Source: Octopus bimaculoides (lineage: Eukaryota). Taken from it: a stretch of 39,029 nt of DNA. The DNA is taken from contig NC_068985.1 in NCBI RefSeq assembly GCF_001194135.2, positions 96,354,106 to 96,393,134 of the forward strand, in the 5' to 3' direction. Every line of letters begins with the position of its first letter. Within the stretch, counting starts at the first letter, position 1. The notes beneath the pieces are model-generated. The model searched no databases. It was not told the origin of the DNA and saw only the letters and a program-made list of their open reading frames with translations. Both the position numbers and the translations under genes were made by a program. Positions 11,173 through 22,021 of the stretch are shown in pieces.

Positions 11173-11205
<33 letters not shown>

Positions 11206-11513
11206 TACAAACGGGCAAACACATGCACACACAACCATAAATACGCAAGCACTCACACACACAGACGTGCAAACACATGCATACACACTCATAATCACGC
11301 AAACACACATACACACACACATACACATACAAACGGGCAAACACATGTACACACAACCATAAACACGCAAGCACACAAACACACAGACGTGCAAACACAT
11401 GCACACACACTCATAAGCACGCAAACACACATACACATACAAACGGGCAAACACATGCACACACACTCATAAGCACGCAAACACACATACACATACAAAC
11501 GGGCAAACACATG
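11060..11513. repeat. CA-rich minisatellite anchored on AAACGGGCAAACACATG, running into gap
   Basis: Anchor near 11066, 11130, 11208, 11331, 11440 and 11496, with variable CA-derived spacers. Confidence 0.85.
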
Positions 11514-11710
11514 NNNNNNNNNNNNNNNNNNNNNNNNNNNNNNNNNNNNNNNNNNNNNNNNNNNNNNNNNNNNNNNNNNNNNNNNNNNNNNNNNNNNNNN
11601 NNNNNNNNNNNNNNNNNNNNNNNNNNNNNNNNNNNNNNNNNNNNNNNNNNNNNNNNNNNNNNNNNNNNNNNNNNNNNNNNNNNNNNNNNNNNNNNNNNNN
11701 NNNNNNNNNN

Positions 11711-11767
<57 letters not shown>

Positions 11768-12215
11768 GATACCAAGCTGTCAAGTTGAATTTCCAACTTT
11801 ATCACTGAATATAAAGCAGCACCGTTTTTCTTTGAGTCTTTGGCCAAATGTAACGCTGCTGTGTTTTGTTAAATACACAAGTGTATTTCTAAAGGCTCCA
11901 CTTGCCTGGATTATCAAATATTTTGTTTGTGGACTCAAGCCGAGAAACCACAACCATAACCCAATAAAACAGACGTTACCTGAAATGCTGTTTACAAGAC
12001 TTTCCCAAAGAAGTAGTTATTGTTTGCTAAATCTTTAGTCAAAAATGTTACCCACAGAGGGACCATCGAGGGGTTAGAAGTCCATCCTGTGCCAAATATG
12101 GAAACCATTAAAAGAACGGAAGAGGAGTTGGAAAAGAAAAGGAGAAAATAATACATACATATGTATGCATGTGCACACACACACACACACACACAGACAC
12201 ACACACACACACACA

Positions 12216-12276
<61 letters not shown>

Positions 12277-12453
12277 GTTCCACACTAGCGCAAACATTGC
12301 AGTTTACACGTGTAAAAGATAGAGTTCATCCACTATCAAAACATTGAAAAGGTAACAAATTAGCTGGGTTATTAGAACATCGGATAGTGACCGTTGTGTT
12401 CGGGTTCAAATCGCACCCAAAGCAACTTACTTTTCATAAATAATATTTAATAT

Positions 12454-12654
12454 TGGTTTCAAATTTTGGCTCACAGCCAGTAATTTTCGGGGAAGGGGTT
12501 AATCTGATTCCATCGACCCCAGTGCTCAACTGGTATTTATGTTATCGACTCCGAAAGGATGGAAAGTAAAGTCGACCCCGTCAGAATTTGATTCAGAACG
12601 TATTGAATCAAATGAAACGCCGTCGACGCGCTAACGATTCTGACACTGTGCCGC

Positions 12655-12656
<2 letters not shown>
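12454..12656 (-). mobile_element. SINE family A, diverged full length
   Basis: rc of GGCGG...CAGAATCGTTAGCGCG...CTGAATCAAATTCTG...GTCGACTTTAC...GTCGATAA...TACCAGTTG...GGGGTCGAT...CCAAAATTTGAAACCAAT. Confidence 0.8.
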
Positions 12657-12687
<31 letters not shown>

Positions 12688-13246
12688 TTAACGTCCACAT
12701 TCCATGGGTATGACAGTTTGAATGAGGACTGGCGAGCCAGAAGGCTGCACCAGGCTCCAATCTGATCTGGCAAAGTTTCTACAGCTGGATGCACTTCCTA
12801 ACGCCAACCACTCCGAGAGTGTAGTGGGTGATTTTTACGTGCCACCGGCACGAGTGCCAGTCAGGCGGTTCTGGCAACAACCACGCTCAAAAGATGTTTT
12901 TTACGTGCTACCTGCACGGGAGCCAGTCCCGCAGCACTGGCAACGACCACGCTCGAATGTTGTTTTTCACGTGTCGGTAAGGCGACGCTGGCAACGATCA
13001 TACTCAAATGGTGCTTTTTACGTGCCACCGGCACGGGACCCAATCCGTGGCCCTAGCAACGATCACGCTCAGATGTGCTTTTAACGTTCCACTGGCACAA
13101 GTGCCAATCAGGCGGTACTGTCATCAGCCACATCGGCGATTTTGATTTGATTTCACTTGCCTCAATAGGTCTTCGCAAACAAAGTTTGTTGTCCAATGAA
13201 TGAGGGTTATTCATAAGTGGGCTGGTTACACCCACTGGCATGTGCC
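12654..13246 (-). mobile_element. RTE-clade LINE 3'UTR (or RTE-tailed non-autonomous element) with (GAT)n tail and internal ~65-bp array
   Basis: (CAT)n then TTTAACGTCC..TTCCATG...CTGGATGCACTTCCTAACGCCAACC; the GGATGCCCTTCC..ACGCCAACC motif is typical of RTE-type tails; second copy at 38172-38311. Confidence 0.75.
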
Positions 13247-13411
13247 ACTTTAATAATAATATTGATGATAATAATGACTTCTTTTATTGGTCACAACAGC
13301 CCAAAATATGGAGAACAGTATCAAAGGATGAGATACAACACACAAAACAGGTGGAGTTTACATCGATGAAAGTGAGACACTACGACATTAAATGATATCA
13401 CAAGGGATGTA

Positions 13412-13964
13412 CAGGATGTTCAAAAAGTATCTCCGCAGTAAGTATTTTATTGCAAAATAAATATTTATAAGATGGTATAAGAGCACAGTTTCAATACATA
13501 AAATTTAATTTCTTTTTTACTGCCGTGTGAGCACTTCCTAGGCTGATTTCCATTTCCTGTGACAATTTGCCTAAGGACTTTGACGGGTTTGCCAGCAGAA
13601 ATATCGGAGAGTGTTTTGTCTGAAAGAACACTAAGCCTACCGCTTCTTGCTGCGTCTTCCACTGAGCCTCTGTTTCTAAATTCTCTTATCAAATCCCGCA
13701 CAGTGTCACGATGTGGAACAAACAGTATTTGGAAAAGTTCCACTGAATTTCTGTTTCACAGTATTTGTGTATTTGTTTCCAGCTCGAGACTACCATTCAA
13801 CTAAAAACGTACGTTCTTCAATGGTTAGCATGTCGACACGCTGAATAGTATACAATGACTGAGGGACAATGGCTGACACCCGGTCGCCCATGCAGTGATA
13901 ACCAAATTGCGCATGCGCAGGATGAAAAAAAAATTCACTGCAGAGAGATTTTTTGAACACCCTG
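13412..13964 (-). mobile_element. Internally deleted Tc1/mariner element (553 bp) with both TIRs and N-terminal HTH pseudogene
   Basis: TIRs CAGGATGTTCAAAAAGTATCTCCGCAGT / rc CAGGGTGTTCAAAAAATCTCTCTGCAGT; TA on both sides (13410-11, 13965-66); broken reading MLTIEERTFLVEW*...PHRDTVRDLIREFRNRGSVEDAARSGRLSVLS typical of Tc1/mariner DNA-binding domains. Confidence 0.9.
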
Positions 13965-14303
13965 TATAAACAGAAGTTAGAGAAATAATTAAATAAATAA
14001 ATAGAATCCTCATTAGCAGGGGCAGTCCACTCGGAAAAATTCCGGATAAACTCCACGCAAAAGTCCCGGATTACTCTGCCATACCCAAAGCATGGGAAGT
14101 GCCATCTTTCAGTTTCTTTCTCCCAACTTAGAAAAGCATACTCAGAGAAGATCCATTCAATGTAACCAGTCTTGCCTTTAATTCGTATTTGAATAAATAC
14201 ATGTATGTGTGTATGTATATATTATCATATATGTATAGATATAATATATATAATGTATATAACACACGCACGTGTGCATGCACAAACACACGCACGTGTG
14301 CAT

Positions 14304-14349
<46 letters not shown>

Positions 14350-14754
14350 CACATAAATCCTCTCAACTGTTTTTTTCCCTTCTAAAGGACACTACAACCA
14401 AAGATAACTACAACCAAAAATTCTCAATTAAACTTATTTACCCCAGAGAAACGGACAGAGATAAAAATCAGTAATGGCTAGATAAGGTCATTCTAAATAT
14501 GAAAAAAAGTACTTCACTCACGTTTATGGAATAACAATTTAGAGATCATCGACCACTTCAAGGCCGTATCTAATAAGCAAAGCACAAACTCTTTCAGTGC
14601 CATATTAATAGCTTCTCCTTTCCCATTGCAAGACTTATTCCTTAAAACATTAGATTTTGCAAAGACAGTTTACACTACTCTCCGACCAAGAAATCGAAAT
14701 CTTTCTACTTACTTGCCAAACATTCTCTGAGCACCTTGATTCCATCTAGATTAA

Positions 14755-15039
14755 CCCATTTTAACCCATTGTCCTCGTTTGGGGGCAGTTGTATTTGGTT
14801 CATTTACTGCAATAAAGGTTAACTGGACGCAAAATAGTACTTGTATTATTTAGCTATTGTATTTAGTTTATTTGCTGCAATAAAGGCTAACTGGACGCAA
14901 AATAGTACTTGTATTTATTTAGCTATTGTATTTGGTTTATTTACTGCAATAAAGGCTAACTGGACGCTTCTGTGTTTGTTATTCCTATTTATATAACTAT
15001 CTTCAAACTTTCGACAGGGTTAACCTGGGTTAAAATGGA
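14755..15039. mobile_element. TTAA-flanked MITE (piggyBac-like) with internal 68-69-bp tandem array
   Basis: TTAA at 14751-54 and 15040-43; left end CCCATTTTAACCCA vs right end rc TCCATTTTAACCCA; array units start at 14789, 14857 and 14926. Confidence 0.65.
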
Positions 15040-15205
15040 TTAAGAAGCACTGTGGTGCACTTTTCAAGTGCAGTGTTGGGGCTATCGACTCGGCTGAGGT
15101 TTCTCAGTTCATTGGCCTCTGTCACCTGTTCAACATGGACATATTTTCGAGGTCAAAGGGGGGCTGTACCGAGACGACTACCGAAATATCGTTTATCTTT
15201 TATTG

Positions 15206-15541
15206 TTTTTACTTGTTCCAATCATTGTACTACGGCCATGCTAGGGCACCGCCTTGAAGACATTGCAGTCGAATGAGTAGACCCAGTATTTATATTTTTA
15301 AAGACAGGCGCTTATTCTATCGATCTGTTTTGCCGAACCGCTAAGTTATGGGAACGTAAATACACCAACACCAGTTATCAAGCGGTGGTGAGGGACAGAT
15401 TCATAGACACAGACACACACATGACAGGCTTCTTTCACTTTCCGCCTATCTAATCCATTAACAAGGCTTTAGTGGGCCCGAGGCTACAATAGAAGGCACT
15501 TGCCCATGGTGCCATGCAGTGGGACCGAACCCAGAATCATG
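15206..15541 (-). mobile_element. Composite SINE B/C, missing extreme 5' end
   Basis: C tail rc TTTTACTTGTTCCAATCA..., short (CA) linker at 15405-15421, B body rc CTTCTTTCACTTTCCGCCTA...GGCACTTGCCC..GGTGCCATGCAGTGGGACCGAACCC. Confidence 0.85.
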
Positions 15542-15668
15542 TTCGGCAAAAGTGACCGATACAATAAGTACTAGGCTTACAAAGAATAAGTCCTGGTGCC
15601 AATTTGTTCGACTGAAGGTGGAGCTTCAGCATGGCCGCAGTCAAATGGCTGAAACAAGTAAAAGAATG
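15542..15668 (+). mobile_element. SINE C portion, 5'-truncated, different subfamily
   Basis: GTTCGGCAAAAG..CCGATA.AATAAGTACTAGGCTTACAAAGAATAAGTCCTGG...CAGCATGGCCGCAGTCAAATGGCTGAAACAAGTAAAAGAA. Confidence 0.85.
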
Positions 15669-15669
15669 A

Positions 15670-15700
<31 letters not shown>

Positions 15701-15724
15701 TATATATGATATATATATTTATCA

Positions 15725-15795
<71 letters not shown>

Positions 15796-16240
15796 TATGT
15801 AAATTCATGCATATATAAATACACATGTACGTATGTGCGTGTATTTGTGTGTATGTATGTATTTACGTATGTATGTATGCATGCGTGCAGAGAGATACAG
15901 GGAGACTGAGTGATAAATGTTTCGAAAGAGAGAAATAGATAGAGTGACAGATAGTGAGAGGGTGAAAAAGGGTGCCAGTAAAAAAGGTGAGAGAGAAAGA
16001 GAGAGGGGGAAAGAGAGAGAGAGAGAAGCGTTGATAAAACTTAGACATATTTGAGATAAAATTTGCACTTAAACGTTACACATAAGCCAAGGACACATAT
16101 GCTACCCATACGCGTATATCCAGTACATCTACCCACATCCCCAATAACATGCACTGCACGAGCCAAAGAACGAGCCTTCGCGTAATCACTTCTAACGCTA
16201 GAAGTAGCAGCAAATTCTTTAAGTCAGAGTCGTTGATGAA

Positions 16241-16453
16241 TATTCTTTTCTACTCTAGGCACAAGACCCGAAGTTTTTGGGGAGGGAGCCAGACGATTAG
16301 ATCGACCCCAGTTCGCAACTGGTACTTAATTTATCGACCTCGAAAGAATGAAATGCAAAGTCGACCTCAGCAGAATTTGAACCCAAAACGTAACGGCAGA
16401 CGAAATACCACTAAGCATTTTGCCCGGCGTGCTAACGTTTCTGCCAGCTCGCC
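16241..16453 (-). mobile_element. SINE family A, full length
   Basis: rc of 23523-23686 plus tail (CTTGTGCCTAGAGTAGAAAAGAATA). Confidence 0.9.
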
Positions 16454-16627
16454 ATCTTAGTCATTGATTAATATTGTCGTAGACACACACTCGGTGTGTA
16501 TATGAATGCGATTATACATACATGAACAAACACACACACACACACACACACACACTGCTCTCTCTCACACACACATGTATGAATGTATATATTTATATTT
16601 ATTTTCAGCTCGAATGATATGGGTTTC

Positions 16628-16810
16628 GAATATTGGCAGAAGTCCACAAACTTCGAAGAAGGGTAAATCGATTACATCGACCCTGGTGCTCACTAAGTAT
16701 TTACTTTATTGGCCCCGAGAGGATAAAATGTAAGTCGACCTTAGTGGAATTTGAACTCAGAAAGTGAAGACGGGTGAAATACTGCTAAGCTTTTTTGTTC
16801 ACGACGCCTA
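16628..16810 (-). mobile_element. SINE family A, diverged
   Basis: CGATTACATCGACCC.GGTGCTCACT...AAGTCGACCTTAGTGGAATTTGAACTCAGAA...AATACTGCTAAGC. Confidence 0.75.
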
Positions 16811-16917
16811 AAGTCAGCTCTTCACCTTTGGTCGTGTAATAATGAAAAGAAACAGTTACATTAAATTGAAGGATTATTTAATAGTTTTTGTAGAGTTCAT
16901 ATTTATTAGATTATTGC

Positions 16918-17018
16918 GAGAAGAGTAGTGAAAGTGACTTCGAAGTTTCGATCCGCTAGCCTTCGTCGGACGAAAGCAAGCTGACCGAAACATCGATGTC
17001 AGCTTCATCACTCTTTTC
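16918..17018. ncRNA. 101-bp palindrome made of two head-to-head minimal hammerhead motifs
   Basis: Manual pairing: 39 WC, 2 G.U and 9 mismatches over 50 positions, no indels. + arm CGGACGA..CC-GAAA-CATCGATG-TC; - arm CCGACGA..TC-GAAA-CTTCGAAG-TC. Confidence 0.75.
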
Positions 17019-17082
17019 ATACTAGTATGATATGTATGTATGTATGTATGTATGTATCTTGTGCAACTGAAATCCGAGTGTC

Positions 17083-17481
17083 TTTTTAGTCAGCTGAAAG
17101 CAGTTTTGGCACAAACTTGGCAGCCGCAAACTTGGCAGACACGCGTCTCATACCCAAATCTGATAATGGACTGAACTGAACCGTAACTTATCTGCACATC
17201 TTCTGATAACTCACGGATGGCCTCTGAAAAGGTATCACCAAGCTTTTTGGCAAAATTTGATTCAGATTCTCTGCTCAACTCCGTCATGGTTAATACGACG
17301 ATTACACGCTACACACCTTCCTTCCAAGCACTGCTGTAAACAGTGGAAGTGAGCGAGAACGCTAAAACTTTGTGTGCATGAACAGCAGAGTTCAAGGTCA
17401 ATCTGTGTCAAGTGGCTTCACTCTGCGTGCTTTAGCTTCGTTACTATAGCATCAGTCCGGATACTTATTGATCAGACCTCG
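17083..17481 (-). mobile_element. Mariner (Mos1-like) 5' end with TIR and internally deleted transposase pseudogene
   Basis: TA + TIR CGAGGTCTGATCAATAAGTATCCGGACT; broken reading MTE..(EQRI)..KFCQKLGDT.SEA//IRELSEDVQISYGSVQSII..GMRRVSAKF..KFVPKLLSAD. Confidence 0.9.
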
Positions 17482-17744
17482 TATGTTTATGTGTGTATGT
17501 ATTTCTTTGAGTTTAATTTAAACTCTTCTTGCGAGATTTCAATATGGTGGCTAACAATGCAACAAGACATCTTAAAGTTAAGAGACACATCTTATGACGT
17601 CAACAACATCCAATCTTCGTTGATAAAAAGTTAAGAGAGTTTGTAAATATGTGGTTGAGCTGGTGTATTGGTTGAACTATCGATGCATACACCCAAGTGC
17701 AAGCTTCTCTCCAGATGTATTTATGTGTGTGTGTGTGGGGGGGG

Positions 17745-17801
<57 letters not shown>

Positions 17802-19386
17802 CGTATGTATGTATGTATAAATATTTAATTTTAAACATTTAATTTTGGCCACGATGTGGGAAGCATAGAAAAAAAATTCAAGCGTTGGCTTTATAGCCCC
17901 TTGGTTAGAAACTGTAGAACCACTATAACAGTATCGAATCTTCTTGAACCTTCTTCAGAGAAAGAATATCCATGTTCTGTTTACGCCGAAATTAGTAGTA
18001 GCTAATTAAAAGCTATTCGTGAACGAACGAATTATTTAATTAATTACCTATTGTCATGGCTGCATGCCGCAGCCTCATGCACAACCTAGGACTCCTCGCC
18101 ACACGCTACTGTCTTGAGCTGTAGCCGTACACTCCCTTAGGGTCCACGACATCTTATGACGTCAACAACATACAATTCTTGCTGGGTGGAGAAATTCGAA
18201 AAATTGCTTTGGTACAATGGTAGAACGTCTATCGTATCTAGAGATGTGGCTTCGAGTCCTACTAACAGCCTCCGACTTTTTCTATCCTCAAAGATTTTCC
18301 GACCCAATATTTATATACTAGTATTTATAGCTCTATGTGTGTGCTTCGAGACATTTCCAGAAAAAAATTGTATGTATATATTTATATATGTATGTATATC
18401 TATCCCTATGTGTGTATGTGTATGTGTGTATATGTACACACGTCCAACGAACATACAAGTATGTCCGTGACAAACACATCTACAATCAAACGTTCGTAAT
18501 GTGTATGCGTACATGCAAGTTTACGCGTGTGTGTGTGCATGTGCGTGTGTCTGTGTACGTGTGCGTGTGTGAAACAGAAGGAAGCAGGAAGGAAGCAAAT
18601 CGTACACTCCCCCACCCGTTCTCCCGCCACCCCACCTTCATCGCCACCCCNNNNNNNNNNNNNNNNNNNNNNNNNNNNNNNNNNNNNNNNNNNNNNNNNN
18701 NNNNNNNNNNNNNNNNNNNNNNNNNNNNNNNNNNNNNNNNNNNNNNNNNNNNNNNNNNNNNNNNNNNNNNNNNNNNNNNNNNNNNNNNNNNNNNNNNNNN
18801 NNNNNNNNNNNNNNNNNNNNNNNNNNNNNNNNNNNNNNNNNNNNNNNNNNNNNNNNNNNNNNNNNNNNNNNNNNNNNNNNNNNNNNNNNNNNNNNNNNNN
18901 NNNNNNNNNNNNNNNNNNNNNNNNNNNNNNNNNNNNNNNNNNNNNNNNNNNNNNNNNNNNNNNNNNNNNNNNNNNNNNNNNNNNNNNNNNNNNNNNNNNN
19001 NNNNNNNNNNNNNNNNNNNNNNNNNTACAGCTGCTGGACATATATGTACGCATTAATAATAATAATAATAACAATAATAATAATAATGATAATAATAATA
19101 ATAATAATAATGTATATATGGGGTGATATTTGTATATATGATATATATATATATCGCATACCAGAGTACGTTTGACGCGCGCACGCAGACTCACATACGT
19201 GTACCTCTACAAGCAGACAGGCGCACGGAAAATACAATGAATTTATGAACATGCAAAGCAAATATGCATATCTATACATGTATATATACACGTTTACAGA
19301 AACAACTCAACGTGAAAAACAAAAGGAAAAAAATGATGCAAGCAATCTAGATTTATGATGTGAGTGTGTGTGAATGAATGAATGTG

Positions 19387-19421
<35 letters not shown>

Positions 19422-20291
19422 NNNNNNNNNNNNNNNNNNNNNNNNNNNNNNNNNNNNNNNNNNNNNNNNNNNNNNNNNNNNNNNNNNNNNNNNNNNNNNN
19501 NNNNNNNNNNNNNNNNNNNNNNNNNNNNNNNNNNNNNNNNNNNNNNNNNNNNNNNNNNNNNNNNNNNNNNNNNNNNNNNNNNNNNNNNNNNNNNNNNNNN
19601 NNNNNNNNNNNNNNNNNNNNNNNNNNNNNNNNNNNNNNNNNNNNNNNNNNNNNNNNNNNNNNNNNNNNNNNNNNNNNNNNNNNNNNNNNNNNNNNNNNNN
19701 NNNNNNNNNNNNNNNNNNNNNNNNNNNNNNNNNNNNNNNNNNNNNNNNNNNNNNNNNNNNNNNNNNNNNNNNNNNNNNNNNNNNNNNNNNNNNNNNNNNN
19801 NNNNNNNNNNNNNNNNNNNNNNNNNNNNNNNNNNNNNNNNNNNNNNNNNNNNNNNNNNNNNNNNNNNNNNNNNNNNNNNNNNNNNNNNNNNNNNNNNNNN
19901 NNNNNNNNNNNNNNNNNNNNNNNNNNNNNNNNNNNNNNNNNNNNNNNNNNNNNNNNNNNNNNNNNNNNNNNNNNNNNNNNNNNNNNNNNNNNNNNNNNNN
20001 NNNNNNNNNNNNNNNNNNNNNNNNNNNNNNNNNNNNNNNNNNNNNNNNNNNNNNNNNNNNNNNNNNNNNNNNNNNNNNNNNNNNNNNNNNNNNNNNNNNN
20101 NNNNNNNNNNNNNNNNNNNNNNNNNNNNNNNNNNNNNNNNNNNNNNNNNNNNNNNNNNNNNNNNNNNNNNNNNNNNNNNNNNNNNNNNNNNNNNNNNNNN
20201 NNNNNNNNNNNNNNNNNNNNNNNNNNNNNNNNNNNNNNNNNNNNNNNNNNNNNNNNNNNNNNNNNNNNNNNNNNNNNNNNNNNNNNNNNNN

Positions 20292-20560
20292 GTGTTTACG
20301 TCCCCGTAACTTAGCGGTTCGGCAAAAGAGGCCTATAGAATAAGTACTAGGCTTACAAAGAATAAGTCCAGGGGTCGATGTGCTCGTGTTTTCCTTCACC
20401 CCATCTTTAGAACTGGTGTTGGTTTGTTTACGTCCCCGATACTTAGCGGTTCGACAAAAACCACCGATAGAATAAGTGCCAGATTAAAAAATTAATAGTG
20501 TGGTCGATCTGTTCAACTAAATGCCATGCTCCAGCATGGCTGCAGTCAAATGACTGCAAA
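20292..20560 (+). mobile_element. Two tandem SINE C portions (20292-20385 and ~20400-20560)
   Basis: Each has GTTTACGTCCCCG.AACTTAGCGGTTCG.CAAAA...GATAGAATAAGT. Confidence 0.8.
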
Positions 20561-20977
20561 AAAAAAAAAAAATTCAACTCCACAAACGTTGGCAACGGAG
20601 AGATGCGAACATACAAACCCCTGACAAGAAAAACCACCAACATGGTTTAATTGAGAAAATTTATTATATTCATAAACCACTTTTCACATTCTCCTTGCTT
20701 CCTTTTTTTATACGTTTCCTTTTTTTCTTTTCTTTTCTTTACCTTTTTCCCCATCCTTTTTTTATTCCTTTTTTATTTTCTTCTTTCTGTAGTCACTCAA
20801 ATCTTTCTTGTTAACCGCCCTCTCTACTTCGAACTGGATGGAGATAATACTCCCTCCTCTACTTTCGTTTATTTATTTGACAGAAACTTAAATATTGAAA
20901 TGGTGAAAGAATTATCACGATGTTTGGTAGCGTCCCATTTTTTTTTTTTTTTTTGAGAGAAACAAATGTGCATGTGT

Positions 20978-21013
<36 letters not shown>

Positions 21014-21554
21014 NNNNNNNNNNNNNNNNNNNNNNNNNNNNNNNNNNNNNNNNNNNNNNNNNNNNNNNNNNNNNNNNNNNNNNNNNNNNNNNNNNNNNNN
21101 NNNNNNNNNNNNNNNNNNNNNNNNNNNNNNNNNNNNNNNNNNNNNNNNNNNNNNNNNNNNNNNNNNNNNNNNNNNNNNNNNNNNNNNNNNNNNNNNNNNN
21201 NNNNNNNNNNNNNNNNNNNNNNNNNNNNNNNNNNNNNNNNNNNNNNNNNNNNNNNNNNNNNNNNNNNNNNNNNNNNNNNNNNNNNNNNNNNNNNNNNNNN
21301 NNNNNNNNNNNNNNNNNNNNNNNNNNNNNNNNNNNNNNNNNNNNNNNNNNNNNNNNNNNNNNNNNNNNNNNNNNNNNNNNNNNNNNNNNNNNNNNNNNNN
21401 NNNNNNNNNNNNNNNNNNNNNNNNNNNNNNNNNNNNNNNNNNNNNNNNNNNNNNNNNNNNNNNNNNNNNNNNNNNNNNNNNNNNNNNNNNNNNNNNNNNN
21501 NNNNNNNNNNNNNNNNNNNNNNNNNNNNNNNNNNNNNNNNNNNNNNNNNNNNNN

Positions 21555-21590
21555 GAACCCGGAACCATGTGGTTGGGAAGTATACGCCTG
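21555..21590 (-). mobile_element. SINE B head remnant at gap edge
   Basis: GAACCCGGAACCATGTGGTTGG is the rc of the B head B-box region. Confidence 0.6.
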
Positions 21591-21631
21591 TATGTATGTA
21601 TGTATGTAGAGAGAGAGAGAAAGAGAGAAAG

Positions 21632-21684
<53 letters not shown>

Positions 21685-21969
21685 GGACCACATAGAGGCC
21701 CGTTGTTTTTCTCGTATTTCTTTAATGTTTAGTATCAGCAGTGTGTGAATTAGGGTGTTGATGGAGGGCCGATTGCACTCCCCTTTGTTGTTATGGTTTC
21801 CAGATGGTTGATCCAGATTTCTAGCAACCAGTGCATCTGTGTATGTTTTGGAAATCCCAGAGGAAACCTCGGTTAAGTTGCTCAGATTTTTGAAAGACAG
21901 TTATCTGGGTCTTTAAGTGTCAAAATATTGCTCTATAGATTTCATATTTGCGTACACGCACACACTCAG

Positions 21970-22002
<33 letters not shown>

Positions 22003-22021
22003 TACAGATACGTAAAATATA

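Noticed and set aside
12831-13110. CRISPR-like look (palindromic repeat plus spacers)
   Set aside because: Spacers are homologous to each other, the context is a eukaryotic retroelement, and there are no cas genes.
15016-15034. Telomeric repeat remnant (GGGTTA)
   Set aside because: Only two interrupted units, better explained as MITE termini.
17915-17960. Minus-strand CTGAAGA-AGG...TTC-GATA-CTGTTATAG-TG hammerhead-like string
   Set aside because: GAAA is GATA, the triplet would be GUG, and stem I does not pair; at best a heavily decayed copy.
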